From Octopus sinensis (lineage: Eukaryota), in contig NC_042999.1 of NCBI RefSeq assembly GCF_006345805.1, positions 163,494,001 through 163,558,000 on the forward strand: a stretch of 64,000 bases of DNA, written 5' to 3'. The number at the start of each line of letters is the position of its first letter. Positions within the stretch are counted from its first letter, which is position 1. Under the pieces are notes generated by a model. It was given only the letters and a program-made list of their open reading frames with translations. It searched no databases and was not told where the DNA came from. The position numbers were made by a program, and so were the translations under genes. Positions 1 to 13,191 of this stretch are shown one piece after another.

Positions 1-387
1 TGCTTACCAACCACAAGGTTCCGGGTTCAGTCCCACTGCGTGGCACCTTGGGCTAGTGTCTTCTACTATAGCCCCGGGCCAACCAAAGCCTTGTGAGTGA
101 ATTTGGTAGATGGAAACTGAAAGAAGCCCGTCGTATATATGTATATATATATGTATGTGCGTGTGTGTTTGTGTGTCTGTGTTTGTCCCCTTAGCATTGC
201 TTGACAACCGATGCTGGTGTGTTTATGTCCCCATCAATTAGCGGTTCGGCAAAAGAGACCAATAGAATAAGTACTGGGCTTACAAAGAATAAGTCCCGGG
301 GTCGAGTTGCTCGATTAAAGGCGGTGCTCCAGCATGGCCGCAGTCAAAATGACTGAAATAAGTAAAAAAAAAAAAAAAAAAAAAAAA
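1..387 (+). mobile_element. tRNA-derived SINE family A (CORE-like centre), cut by the window edge
   Basis: B box GGTTCAGTCCC, CCTTGGGC.AGTGTCTT core, internal (TA)/(TG) tract and A tail. Confidence 0.85.
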
Positions 388-846
388 CTCTTAAAGGAAC
401 TACATATGTTAAGTTTGAAGACAAAAGCTACCATTCACCACAATAAAATATGGTTGTTCATGGTTCTAAAAGCTAATCAAATGCTTGCTTCCTTTGATAA
501 GCTTTCTCCTTTGGTTTTCTCTAAGTGTTGAACAGAGTGCTGCAATAACAACTATATTCTCACATGACAAGCAATTATTCAACAATCCAGCTAATGAGCC
601 AAAGATGATATGTGTGCTAAAAATAGCACCAAAATTATACTCTAGCCCTAGGTGCATTATATTTCAGTGGAAGGTGGGATGATCACTTGGAATACATGTA
701 ATTCAGCTCAATAAGGCTGGCTTGGGGATAAACAACAATCATACCATGCATCCCCAGGCATCATCATCACCATTTTTACATAGTTTTATATGTTGGCATG
801 GGTTTGATGCGTTTACAAGTATTGAGCCAGTATATATATATATGTA

Positions 847-990
847 TCATCATCATCATCATCGTTTGACGTCCGCTTTCCATGCTAGCATGGGTTGGAC
901 GGTTCGACTGGGGTCTGGAAAGCCAGGAGGCTGCACCAGGCTCCAGTCTGATCTGGCAGTGTTTCTACAGCTGGATGCCCTTCCTAACGC
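847..990 (-). mobile_element. Orphan RTE 3'UTR end with (GAT)n tail
   Basis: GCGTTAGGAAGGGCATCCAG...CCATGCTAGCATGG...(GAT)n as at 27550-27700. Confidence 0.85.
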
Positions 991-1053
991 TAGTATATAT
1001 GTATATATGTATATATATATATACACACATGTATATATATATATATGTATATA

Positions 1054-1096
<43 letters not shown>

Positions 1097-1140
1097 GTAT
1101 ATATATATATATATATATATACACATGTATATAATATATA

Positions 1141-1187
<47 letters not shown>

Positions 1188-2014
1188 ATATATACACATG
1201 TATATAATATATTTTTTCTCTCTAGCTTTATCTCAGAGTTGCGGTCATGCTGATGCACCGCCGTTTTGTGCTACACTGTTATTGCGAAATAAAAAGCTGT
1301 GGGCCCTTGAAACCCAGGCTGTTGCAGAAGCTGGTCCTGAAGCTTGATGGCATTGCTGGGATCTTTGGCACTATGCAGTGTTGTTGCTCTCCAGAAAGGG
1401 TTATAGTCATGGCTCACTTATACATTCCATTTTTGGCACATTTTCTATTGCCAACCCATTTACAGAGTGTACTGGTAGTATTTATTCTGGAATTCACACC
1501 AAGAGATTGTTATATCCTTAGCAAGAAAGAACAGTTTTCAACATTTTACAGAATATACTGGGTGCATTTTATTGTGATAAATACCAGCTTTAGAGAAATT
1601 ATCTTGGCCTCAGCAACACCGAAGTCGCATTTGTTTGTTAACTAGCACCATAGAGTTATCTTATCACCGAGAGGCAGAAGATAGAGTAATGAAAGAAGGC
1701 CAGAGTGAGAGGGTGAGTGAAGGGCGAGTAATGAAAGAGAACTATAAGATAGGAGAGAAAGAGTAAGAATAAAAGAAAGAAAGAGAAAGCTTAATAAGCA
1801 GTTACATAATGATCAGATTAAAAGTTAGTAAGGAGATTCAAGTAAGGAGATAGCATAGTTGATATGATAGAAAAGAGAAAGAAAAGGGAAAGAGGATAAT
1901 AGAAAAGTAATAGAAAAGTGAAAGAGTGGTGATGGGAGAGTGCTGAGGAAGAGTGTGAAGGAAGATAGTTAGGTAGAGTGACAGATAACAATGATGATGG
2001 GTGATAGTAAAAGA

Positions 2015-2402
2015 TGGTTGGAAGCACTCCATCGGTTACGACAACGAGGGTTCCGGTTGATCCGAATCAACGGAACAGCCTGCTTGTGAAATTAACGTGT
2101 AAGTGGCTGAGCACTCCACAGACACGTGTACCCTTAACGTAGTTCTCGGGGATATTCAGTGTGACACAGAGAGTGACAAGGCCGGCCCTTTGAAATACAG
2201 GTACAACAGAAACAGGAAGTAAGAGTGAGAGAAAGTTGTGGTGAAAGAGTACAGCAGGGATCACCACCATCCCCTGCCGGAGCCTTGTGGAGCTTTTAGG
2301 TGTTTTTGCTCAATAAACACTCACAACGCCCGGTCTGGGAATCGAAACCGCGATCCTATGACCGCGAGTCCACTGCCCTAACCACTGGGCCATTGCACCT
2401 CC
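2015..2402 (-). mobile_element. tRNA-derived SINE family C with 11-bp TSD
   Basis: TGGCCCAGTGGTTAG A box, GGTTTCGATTCC B box, TSD ATAGTAAAAGA. Confidence 0.9.
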
Positions 2403-2709
2403 ATAGTAAAAGAGTTGGAGTGATGAATAGTGGGACATCATTAATGAATAAAAGGTGAGGGAATAATGGGGAAGACAGACAGTAATGACTAGCAATAAAA
2501 ATGATAGAAAAGTAAGGTGGAGAGTGAATATGGACTGAGATACATGCAAGAGAGATAGAGTAGGAGGTGAGAGTGATAAATAAGAATTACAAAGAGGAGA
2601 AAGAATAGGTAAAGGTTTAAGAAGAACATAATGGTCAGGAAGGATCCAAATATAAAATTATACATCCCAATCTCTATCGTCATAAATCTTTAATAATCCT
2701 TTTTCCCTA

Positions 2710-3200
2710 CATGGGTTTGGTGAGTCCTCTTCAGCACAGCACTCCACAACTAACCACAGTCCTTTGTCATCTCCTCCATGTAGTTCAGCATCTGAAGATC
2801 AGTTTTCATCACATAGTCCCATGTCTTCTTTGGTCCCTCTCTTTCACAGTTTCTGTTCACTTTAAGTGGACAGCAATTCTGGTAATTAGCATCCTCTGTA
2901 TACATAGCATGACTATACCAGTAATCTTTTCTCTCACACATTACATCAGATTCCTCTGATATCCATTTATCCTCTCAGCTTATCTGTGCTCCACCATTCG
3001 AGTGCATTAACTTTACACAGTCAGAAGAACATTTTCACTTCATTTCTTTCCAACCTTCACAAATTCTCTGCATTCAAAGCCTACTTTTCACTACTATGCA
3101 GCAGTGTACTTTATACATAAGCATTGCACAGTTAACTCTTAACTCTGGGGGGGGGGACTCTTTACTGTTGGCAGTGGTAAAGTTTCCTGAACCTTTTTTT
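2710..3200 (-). mobile_element. Degenerate RTE 3' coding fragment
   Basis: GPKKTWDYVMKTDL resembles RPRKTWDEEVKHDL. Confidence 0.6.
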
Positions 3201-3976
3201 TGTCATGTTCTTACTCTGGCAATTACACTTCTAGATAATTAGCACCTTTACTGTTAATTAGTTGACTTAAATAAATTTCTTCAGTATTAAGATTATATTT
3301 ATATAACACAGATTCCCCATAATCTGAAACATTGGCAAATACAGCGCCCATAACACACCAATCTTTACATTGTGCACATATAAAACCCTATTACAACAAT
3401 AGGTTTGAAGTATGAGAGGTGAATAAATTTATTTAACCATCTATAGGGTTACAACTGTTTTGCAGCCTCCTTCATGTAATAATTTCAGTGTCAGATCAAT
3501 TATGTTTACAGAAATATGCATGCTATGCATTATACAATAGAACTATATATTCACAAATCTATGCAGATTAAGAATGCTAGCTTATCAGATTACTAGAACA
3601 TCACAATTATACCAATGACATGTGAATATACAATATTCACATATGCAATAATTCATTGCAAACATGTAAACACAATTTAGTCCACATTGAAATTAGAGCT
3701 ACAGGAAGAAGGTTGTGAAAAGGCTATAATCTAACTGAAGTCAAGTGGTTAAATAAAAATATTATACTCTCGTATCTCCTGACATTCTATGGTTTATAAA
3801 CTCCTTGTGAAATAATTTCATTGATTGGATCTTCTACATTCAAGTTTCATGGACATTCTGCATTATGCTCCTCTGCATTGGATTACTATGTGGTCTGTTA
3901 GCCAAGTCCATTAGAGATGCATTCTGTCATAACCATATAATTCTCAGAATTCATATCTTATGCAACTAATTTATGT

Positions 3977-4013
<37 letters not shown>

Positions 4014-4014
4014 C

Positions 4015-4270
4015 AGAGCGGCTAACCGACTTCCGTGCCAGTGGCACATAAAAGGGCACCATGCGAGTGTGATCATTACCAGCGTCGCCTTACTGGCACT
4101 TGTGCCCATGCTGGTAGAGTGCCAAGAGCACCATCCGAGTGTGATCGTTGCCAGAACAGCAAACTGGCTCCGTGCCAGTGACACGTAAAAGGGCACCATT
4201 TGAGTGTGATCATTACCAACGTTGCCTTACTGGCACCTGTGCCGGTGGCATGTGTAAAAAGATTCGAGTG
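4015..4270 (+). repeat. Tandem ~60-70-bp units from the RTE 3'UTR module
   Basis: Repeated GTGCC.GTGGCAC..AAAAG.GCACC units. Confidence 0.7.
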
Positions 4271-4579
4271 AGGTAAGTGAATGGGGGGGTGACTTTAACA
4301 GGGTGAAAAGGTAGCTACTCTTACCAAATATTGGGTGGTTTGAAAATGTGTTACACCTAATAATTGTCTTATTGCTAGAGTTTAGGAACTTCTTAATGCT
4401 AGGCGGGGCCCTATGTATTTGCAAGGTGTATTATTATGGAATGTTTGAAGCAGGTGAGTATGCAAGGTGACTATTCATGTGTTTCATGTGTTACTCTGTT
4501 AATTAGACTTATAAAGATGAGCATTCTAGTTTGGAATTATGGAGGCATAGAGGGCTGCATGAAGACAAGAGAGGCTATT

Positions 4580-6950
4580 CTACCGGTATTTTGAAAATAC
4601 ATAATGGCCCATGTGGAGATAAAAAATTTTGTTCTCAAATTTCCTGTTGAGAAGATTTTGTTTAGTCCTAAGTATAGCTAGGCATTCTGATAGGCAGAGA
4701 TCGCAGCGTCTATTTGTGGTTTTGTAGGAGGTTGTTTTTGAGAGTATATGCCAGTTTAAGCTAAAATCTATTTTTTTAATCCTTAAGTTCCCAGATGTAT
4801 GCACTTATCCCTGTTGTGTTAACCTTATTCCTATTTCTGAAGCTGGATAGATGCGTATTATATCTGAGAATCATTTGCTTCTTAGTTGCACCTCTGTATG
4901 ATTTTGTCTGGTTGTCAGTGCAGACGTCACATTGGTAAACTATGTTATTTGTCTTACATCTATTTGAGAATTGGCACTTTGTTCTATCACTACAACCGCA
5001 TAAATAATTAGGTGTATCTACGTCCGTACTGTATTGTGGGGGCCAATTATTATTCAGGTCTGTATCTAAGTTGGTTGGTTAGTACTTTTATTGTTCACAA
5101 TCTTTCTAGTTTCGTAGAATTTGTCAAGTTTTTTTATTATTCATTGAGGTTATTATTGTGGCTAAGTTATTAGTCAGACTGTGACCTATTCTGATTTTGT
5201 TCCTAAATAATTCTGTCTATTTATTATTAACGTTTAGGTGTTTGTCTATGATTTTCATTAATGGCCGAACTATATTTGATTTGAGGTGCATGGTGTAGGG
5301 GATTACGAGCCAGATATTATCGCTATTTTGTTTGTCTTTTGTGTTGTCTTCCCTAGTGTAGGAGCTTCCCTCCTTGTTTGTGATTTGTGTGAAGTTATGG
5401 TTGTATGTACCTTGGTTATATCTATAGTTATGTTTCACTTTCGTGTTAGTTGTGTCTGTCCTATTGGTGCTATTATCGTAGGGTTCATGTGGGTTTAAGG
5501 GCCTAGTTTTTTGCTATTATTAGGGTTCATATTAGTTGGCTGGGTGACTTTGGTTTTATTGATACCGCTGTATAGGTTTATGCTATTAATTTTGTAGGTG
5601 TTGTTATTTTGGGACTTATTTGCGTACTTTGTGTTATTAGTTATGTTAATATTGTTAATCTTATTTAATATCAGTTTCTCAGTATTAGTGTTGTGGTTAT
5701 ATTTGTTGTTGTTTGTGGTTTGTGCATAGGCATTGTTCATTTTAGTGTTGTTTCTATTGGGGTTATCCATAATTATTTTGTTGTTGTTGTTGTTTGTGGT
5801 GATGCATGGTGTTTGGTTGGCGTTAGTGGGTTCCTATTATTTGGGCTGCTTGTAGGGTGATTAGGGTTTAGGTATTTGATTTTTTGTTCATATCCGGATT
5901 TCTGTAGTGTGGAGTTATAGGCTTCTTTATGTCTGTTAAAGATGTCCATATTGAAAGAGAGGAGTGGTATTCTATTGTTAATTCTCTTAATAAAGTTGGG
6001 GTGATTACTAGCAGCGTTAATGTATTTGAGGTCCATGTTGGGTTTCATGTAGGGTTCATAGAATCCTGTGGCTAGGACGCAGGTTGTGTCTAAGTACTTA
6101 ATAGAGGTGTGTTCCTTTTCAATAGAAATAGATAGTCCAAATCTTTTGAAGAATTTATGTATTTTTTATTGATAAGCTCTAGTTTTCTATTTGTGGGTTT
6201 CTTAATTATGAAGAGAGCATCATCCCTGTATAATTCGCCTTTGAGTTTCGGGAATTCGTCCTGTATGTATGATAGCAGATAGATGCCTACCAGGTCAGTT
6301 TCTTGTGCTAAATCTGGGGCTCCCATGGTAATATCAAAAGAGTTAGGGATATCTTTACGTACCCAGAGTTTGTTATCAAAGATAATAAGTGATTTCCTCG
6401 CTTCCAATATTATATTTATTTCCTTCCTGTTCAATAGCGTTTGATTTTTTGGTGTATATTAGGGCACTATTGAGGAGTAGTAGTCTACTATGTCTATCTG
6501 TATGAATTTGTAGTTGCTCTTGTTCTGTATGCTGGAGAACCAGTTGATGGCTTCATATGTGTTGGACCATAATTCCAGGGTTATTTTACTTTTAAGCTTA
6601 GGGATGTATTTATCGAGTATTAGTTTGCTTAATTTACATCATCTGATTTGTTAGGGCATATTAATCTTACTTTAGTATCGGTTAGGAAGTTAGATTTATG
6701 GTCTTTTATAGTGATGCAAGGTCTGGATGGCACGAAGGGTTCGGTTTTGTCTTCTAAGTTGTAGTCATTCATAATTTCCTTGGCTGCTAACTTCATAGAT
6801 CTTAAGGTTCTATCTGGTGCTAATTTATATCTTTTAGTGATTTCCTTATGTAGCACTTGGTGGTATAAGTTGACTTCCAGGGTGTAAGAATTCCTAGTTT
6901 TGTCCGAGTGGACAATAATTCCGTTCTGTGATTTTAGCTTATATAGCAGG
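4580..6950 (-). mobile_element. Penelope-like retroelement relic (Naiad/Chlamys-type RT plus C-terminal GIY-YIG)
   Basis: SDKTRNSY, ITIKDHK, FDITMG...LYRDD, CGC..C..C/IVY..YRG and CDLCLSE motifs across frameshifted ORFs. Confidence 0.85.
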
Positions 6951-7027
6951 TCCTTTATGCATATATTTGTATATATGCATATATATATATATATGTATAC
7001 ATATTTATACACACACATATATATATA

Positions 7028-7073
<46 letters not shown>

Positions 7074-7099
7074 CACACACACATACACACACACACACA

Positions 7100-7150
<51 letters not shown>

Positions 7151-7180
7151 GTTTAACGCAGGTGTAATTCAAATTCTTTT

Positions 7181-7269
7181 ACTTCCAACACATGTTTCAA
7201 AGATATCACTGATATTATTCCAAAGGAATAAAATGGTGTAAAACAATGTAATCTTCTCTTCAGAGAAGT
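7181..7269 (-). ncRNA. Type I hammerhead motif with extended stem II (left arm of inverted repeat)
   Basis: ACTTCT-CTGAAGA-GAAGAT...ATCTTT-GAAAC-ATGTGT-T-GGAAGT: 6-bp stem I, palindromic stem III, GUU triplet. Confidence 0.65.
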
Positions 7270-7778
7270 GAAGAAACGAAACTTGTCAATAAGACATTTT
7301 AATAGAAAATGATGGATATGTATAGTGATTAACTGAACGCTATTAATATTGTTTCAAAAAGACGTTATATGATATAACGTCAGAGGTAGCCTACAGAAAG
7401 AGAAAGGATAAATAAATCCTCTAGTAAACGCGGTTATAGAGCGTGCATACTGATGTAAACATTGGTAGAAGCACACCTTTAGTTCATATAAGTGATAGCT
7501 ATCATTATATATAATTTAAACATTGATTTTCTTCTTACATTTCACATTCACTAGATATATATTTTTCCTAGTCTATAAGGTTTTATTTAATATACATATA
7601 GACATATACTTCTCATTTATTTAGTTTTTCTTTACTTTATCCCTCCTCTTTCTATAGGCTACCTCTGACGTCATATCATATAACATTTTTTTTAAACAAT
7701 ATTTATAGCATTCAGTTAATCACTATACATATCCATCATATTCTGTTAAAATGTCTTTTTGACGAGTTTCATTTCTTC

Positions 7779-7867
7779 ATTTCCCTGAAGACAAGATTAC
7801 ATTGCTTAACATCATTTTATTCCTTTGGAATAATACCAGTGATATCTTTGAAACATGTGTCAGAAGC
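7779..7867 (+). ncRNA. Type I hammerhead motif (right arm of inverted repeat)
   Basis: ATTTCC-CTGAAGA-CAAGAT...ATCTTT-GAAAC-ATGTGT-C-AGAAGC: GUC triplet, stem I partly mismatched. Confidence 0.6.
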
Positions 7868-8113
7868 AAAATAATTTGAATAACACCTGTGTTTAACTCC
7901 ATTTATTTATTTATATATATTATACAAAATATTTCATGTAAACCCGGAGTTTCTACCTTTAAAAACAAGGAGTTATGCCCTTTTTACTTGTGTGATTTTT
8001 TGCTACCCTGGTAACTATTTATCTATTTTTCCGTGTTAATTGTTAACAAGGGAAAAATACACATGTCTTTATATATATATATATATATGAATATATAGAT
8101 ATATAAATGTATA

Positions 8114-8148
<35 letters not shown>

Positions 8149-9120
8149 GTATGAAATAAAAAATAGGACAAGAACGCAAAACATCCGGACAACTAGGTGA
8201 TACAAAAAGGGACAACAAAACATCCAGATAGATGATACAAAAAAACAGGGTGGATCATTTGAAGTTTTCTATCTTCAGTCAAGAACCAGATTATCCTCGC
8301 AATTTTGGCTGATTATTCTTGAGATTGCTCCAATCTGGCCAGCCCCAAGGAAAAACTAAGCTAAGAGCATTAGATTCCTTGGAAGAAAGCAGTGAATGTA
8401 TACAAAAACAAACAATGCTACACAAATATAAATACAATAAAAATAATAACAGACATAACAACAGGTGTCTTTCGACTAAGGACGAATTGAATTAAGCTGG
8501 CGCATGTGGAAATGAAGCCTTACTGCAGAGATACAACAGTTTCACAAACACAGGGAAGTATATCGATGTTGCATGGACCACAGTCAGACCAAGAAAGAGA
8601 GAGCGCAGGCTGGCTGATCAGTGACATGGGAAGAGAAAAGAGAGTAGAAGCAGAGAGTTGGTGGTTTATCTCTTATTATAAAAGGCAGATTTTATCTGCC
8701 TCCCTTTGGGAGTTATACAAATCTACAATATAGGATTTCTTCAATTACAATTTACCTAGCAGTTTTAAGAGTACAATGCATCGCGTCATGCCAGGTCCAG
8801 TTTTTAAAATTTAAACTCCAATTAAGCAAAATTTACAGAAAACTCACATTCTGGTGTGTGTGTCAAATGCTTTTCTTAGTCTGGTTTACACCACACGCAA
8901 ACGCACACACACAGTGGGCAACGAATAAAATGAAAGTAAATGTAATATTTGTTTCTGTCTATCACGCTGATAGATACATGAGTAAAATGTATGGGAAGCT
9001 AACAGATAACAGTGAGTGAAAATGTTCTTGGAAGAGAGTAAATTAGCGACAGTGATTTGAGGAAGACTAAACTGAAACTATGAAACAGTGTTTATGTATA
9101 AACAGACGACACTTATATAA

Positions 9121-9445
9121 ACCTTTCGTTACCAAACCGCCCGAATTTACCTATTCATATTTAAATGAGAATATCAGAGTAAATCTCTTTAGTACATTCG
9201 TGAAAACACGTATTATACTTCGTAAACACTTCAAATACAGTTTTGTACAAAAATCGAAGTGTAATTTTAATTCCGTGAATTATGGGAGATTTTTTTCCGA
9301 AATTTGTTCCTATTGTGTTTTCAAAATTTGTAATTCTGACAAAAAATGGATACGAATTTCATTATATCAAGCAGCGAGTCAGAATTCGAAGGATTTTCTA
9401 CTGAAGACCTTCATAAATCTAACTCTATGACTGAAAAAAAAAAAG
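9121..9445 (+). mobile_element. piggyBac-type element 5' end with start of transposase (MDTNFIISSSESEFEGF)
   Basis: CCTTTCGTTACC terminus shared with the MITE at 60018, and an acidic SESEFEGF N-terminus. Confidence 0.55.
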
Positions 9446-9447
9446 CA

Positions 9448-9842
9448 TCTTTATATAAGAGTGAAGTTGTGTGTCTGTCCCCTTCGATTTACATTCGTAA
9501 TTACTCCCACATTTTGCGGTGCAGTTTAACCAAAAGCGGGTATCTTATAGTCGTGATTCATATCGAGCCCTTCTGGGTATTACCGCGCATCTACGATGAG
9601 TCTACGATTTAAAAAAAATTTACCATCATATTTTTCCATTTTAATGCATTTTTTTCGCTTTTATATAAGGGAAGTAACTCTCTAAAAATATCTACGATGT
9701 GTCAACGATTTAAAAAAAATTTACCTTAATTTTTTTTCAATTTTTAATGCATTTTTTTTGCTATTTTTTGGCTATAACTCTCTAAAAATGCTTATATAGT
9801 TATTTCCCTTACAAACCGAGCAACGCCGGGCAATACTGCTAG
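9448..9842 (+). mobile_element. Non-autonomous Helitron, family H1
   Basis: A|TC start, CCGAGCAACGCCGGG hairpin and CTAG|T end, no TSD. Confidence 0.85.
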
Positions 9843-10052
9843 TTTATAAATAAAACGAAGGGAGGTAACTCTAGATTTAAATAGCTCAAACAACTTATTA
9901 ATCAACCAACCAAGTAATTAAATAATTAACTAATTAATTAATTAATCAATCAATCAATCCGATCATTGATTCTATAATGGGGTTGCATATCATAGTCTAT
10001 TATCATATACATATATAATACATATATATATATATATGCTTTTTACGTGCCA

Positions 10053-10116
<64 letters not shown>

Positions 10117-10121
<5 letters not shown>

Positions 10122-10303
10122 GGCACGTAAAAAGCACCCACTACACTCACGGAGTGGTTGGCGTTAGGAAGGGCATCCAGCCGTAGAAACACTGCCAGAT
10201 CAGACTGGGCCTGATGCAGCCTTCTGACTTCACAGACCCCAGTTGAACTGTCCAACCCATGCTAGCATGGAAAGCGGATGCTAAATGATGATGATGATGA
10301 TGA

Positions 10304-10306
<3 letters not shown>
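10117..10306 (+). mobile_element. Orphan RTE 3'UTR end
   Basis: Same module and (GAT)n tail. Confidence 0.85.
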
Positions 10307-10334
<28 letters not shown>

Positions 10335-10336
<2 letters not shown>

Positions 10337-10744
10337 CGCAGGAGTGGCTGTGTGGTAAGTAGCTTGCTAACCAACCACATGGTTCCGGGTTCAGTCCCAC
10401 TGCGTGGCATCTTGGGCAAGTGTCTTCTGCTATAGCCCCGGGCCGACCAATGCCTTGTCAGTGGATTTGGTAAACGGAAACTGAAAGAAGCCTGTCGTAT
10501 ATATGTATATATATAGAAGTGTGTGTGTATATGTTTGTGTGTCTGTGTTTGTCCCCCTAGCATTGCTTGACAACCGATGCTGATGTGTTTACGTCCCCGT
10601 CACTTAGCGGTTCGGCAAAAGAGACCGATAGAATAAGTACTGAGCTTACAAAGAATAAGTCCCAGGGTCGATTTGCTCGACTAAAGGCGGTGCTCCAGCA
10701 TGGCCGTAGTCAAATGACTGAAACAAGTAAAAGAGTAAAGAGTA
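10335..10744 (+). mobile_element. SINE family A, full length
   Basis: GGCGCAGGAGTGGCTGTGTGG head and (AAGAGTA)n tail. Confidence 0.9.
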
Positions 10745-10856
10745 TATATATATATATGCAATAAAAGGTGGAATATAATTAATTTAATAAAATTAATCAA
10801 TTTCACCTAGCAGATTTATCGGTATGGAAAAGACCATATTTGGTAAGGGTTATAAT

Positions 10857-11070
10857 AATTAAAATTAAGGGTTAAATGCAACAAGTTGCTCAAAACCACA
10901 TAGCGAAAATATTTTCTGCCGTTTTTGCCATATACAGCTTACAAATTATGTTTGTTTGTGGAGACTTTTTATTAGTAGAGGAAATAGTGATCAATTTTGA
11001 CTGCTATTTCTAATATTTTCGGTATGTAGTTTTGAGCAACTTGTTGCATTTAACCCTTAATTTTGATTAA
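10857..11070. mobile_element. MITE with ~45-bp TIRs (TTAA-GGG termini, Kolobok-like)
   Basis: TTAAGGGTTAAATGCAACAAGTTGCTCAAAAC at the left end and its reverse complement at the right end. Confidence 0.75.
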
Positions 11071-11072
11071 TA

Positions 11073-11118
<46 letters not shown>

Positions 11119-11139
11119 TATATATATACATGTATACAT

Positions 11140-11445
11140 ACATGTATTAATCTTCTGTTATATCTATTTCCTATCTGTATATTGGAAAACCAATCTAATG
11201 TACCTGTACATGTTAAAATGAAGAGAGAGGTCAAAGGAAAAGGTGAGTAAAGAAGGAAAGAAAGAGGAAGAGAAAATGAAAACAAGAAGAGCAAGTGAAA
11301 AAAGGAGTGTGAGTTGGTGGTCATGATATTATGAGAGGGGTGTGGGAGAGGAGTAGGGGAGGGGTAGGAAGAGATAAGAATGTAAGTAATGAATATGTGT
11401 GAGGTGGGGTGATATGTTAGAATGGCATTAAGGGATGAGTACATG
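11140..11445 (-). mobile_element. Partial, uninterrupted paralogue of the element at 15500-17330
   Basis: Reverse complement matches 15576-15602 plus 16679-16860. Confidence 0.7.
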
Positions 11446-11569
11446 TGTGTGTGTATGCATTATTATATAGGCCTGCGTACTTGTGTATTTAAATCCATAT
11501 TTATTTTATTTTTATTTTATTTTATCTAGTTTCAGCTCACGAGCTGTGGCCATGCTTGGGCACCGCTAT

Positions 11570-11600
<31 letters not shown>

Positions 11601-11617
11601 CTCATATACATATACAT

Positions 11618-11627
11618 GAACAATAAC

Positions 11628-11664
<37 letters not shown>

Positions 11665-11678
11665 TAATAATAATAATG

Positions 11679-11715
<37 letters not shown>

Positions 11716-11890
11716 TAATAATAATAATGATAATAATAATAATAATAATAATAATAACATCGAAAAATACCTTAGGAATGAGAACCCAGGTTCGAAATTT
11801 CCCCAAGACACCTGATGATGGCTGGAGGGTATATCAGCCGAAACATTGTGTTAATAACAAACAAGATGAGGACAAATATCCGTCGAATGT
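11618..11890 (+). mobile_element. Second, headless copy of the hammerhead SINE-like element with expanded (AAT)n
   Basis: About 140 bp of (AAT)n then CATCGAAAAATACCTTAGGAATGAGAACCCAGG..., collinear with the 46-kb copy. Confidence 0.8.
11807..11852 (+). ncRNA. Minimal hammerhead motif in SINE-like element
   Basis: GACAC-CTGATGA-T-GGCTG...CAGCC-GAAAC-ATT-GTGTT. Position 16.2 is A rather than the expected G. Confidence 0.65.
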
Positions 11891-12807
11891 AAATAATGTA
11901 CATATACACCTATATACATATATGCACATATCCATGCATACACATACATATATAAACATACATATACATATATATATGCACACACATGCATACCCATGAA
12001 TACATGCATATATGCATACACATGCACACATACATGCACATGTGTAAACACATACATGCACATATATAAACATATACAAGTGCACATACATCTGCATACG
12101 TATGCATATGCATGCCCATATGTGTAGTATTAAATAATTAAAATAAGATTGGAGAGTTAAAAAATTAATGGAAAGTCAAATAGGGTTGTTGAGGATTACC
12201 TAAGTGGTGTTCAGGATATGTGCTGTGTGATTATTTAGGTTGCATTTAGAATTGCGGTAAAATTTGAAGGTATGTAAAAACTGGTGGTTGCATGCACCTA
12301 GGGCCTCATTATATTTATTTAGTAGTATTGAAGATTTGTGTTTTAATATGTGGAATGTCTCCTTTAAGCATAACCTACATGCTGAGTGTTGGCCTTGGTA
12401 TGGAAGCCTTGAATCTATCATGGACAAGATGTAGGGAATATTTCTATTTTGAGATGATGTGTGTGACAGGTAAGTGTTGTGGATTTACTGCGTTTCTTGT
12501 ATCTAAAAGAATTGAGATGCACAGCATATCGTTGTTTAAAATTTATAGTTGATCCCATATATATGGTTGTAGAATCGTGTAACGTGTTGAGGACGGTGTG
12601 TTTATAAATTACTTTAGACCTTCTGCAATGGATCTGTAGAGGGCAGATGGTTCCAGGATGGCAGTGACATGGTTGTGCATTGTGGGGATTATTCTCAGGA
12701 ATGGCGGGGGTAATACTGTCAGAGGAGAGGTTAGAGATGGGGGTAGATTGGTCTCTGTTATTAACATTATTATAACTATTTCTAAAACTGTTGTTTATCC
12801 TATCTGT

Positions 12808-13191
12808 GGGAAGCACTCCGTCGGTTACGACGACGAGGGTTCCGGTTGATCCGAATCAACGGAACAGCCTGCTCGTGAAATTAACGTGTAAGTGGCTGAG
12901 CACTCCGCAGACACGTGTACCCTTAACGTAGTTCTCGGGGATATTCAGCGTGACACAGAGAGTGACAAGGCCGGTCCTTTGAAATACAGGTACAACAGAA
13001 ACAGGAAGTAAGAGTGAGAGAAAGTTGTGGTGAAAGAGTTCAGCAGGGATCACCACCATCCCTGCCGGAGCCTCGTGGAGCTTTAGGTGTTTTCGCTCAA
13101 TAAACACTCACAACACCCGGTCTGGGCATCGAAACCGCGATCCTACGACCGCGAGTCCGCTGCCCCAACCACTGGGCCATTGCGCCTCCAC
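12808..13191 (-). mobile_element. SINE family C with 11-bp TSD
   Basis: TSD ATCCTATCTGT, near-identical to 2015-2402. Confidence 0.9.

Larger units (their letters stand above)
7149..7899. repeat. Diverged inverted repeat (~270-bp arms), probably paired Penelope-like termini
   Basis: 7149-7415 is the reverse complement of about 7627-7899, and each arm holds a hammerhead motif. Confidence 0.8.

Noticed and set aside
722-1258. ORF-track proteins rich in IY/YI, CV/HT or N/I/L runs (here and at 6.9, 11.5, 28, 29, 35, 36 and 38 kb)
   Set aside because: They are translations of (TA)n, (TG)n and (AAT)n microsatellites.
4800-5000. Selenocysteine (in-frame UGA) recoding as reported for some Naiad elements
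   Set aside because: The Cys motifs I read in the Naiad-type relics at 4.9, 12.6 and 37.3 kb translate as ordinary Cys, not TGA. The TGA codons seen elsewhere fall at non-Cys positions of decayed ORFs.
8150-8830. Hammerhead in a PLE-terminus-like repeat (CTGAAGA on minus at about 8272-8278)
   Set aside because: GAAAC is degraded and no stem I partner is visible, so it cannot be supported from this copy.
10335-10410. tRNA genes at SINE heads
   Set aside because: They have A/B boxes but no complete cloverleaf and run directly into SINE bodies with TSDs.
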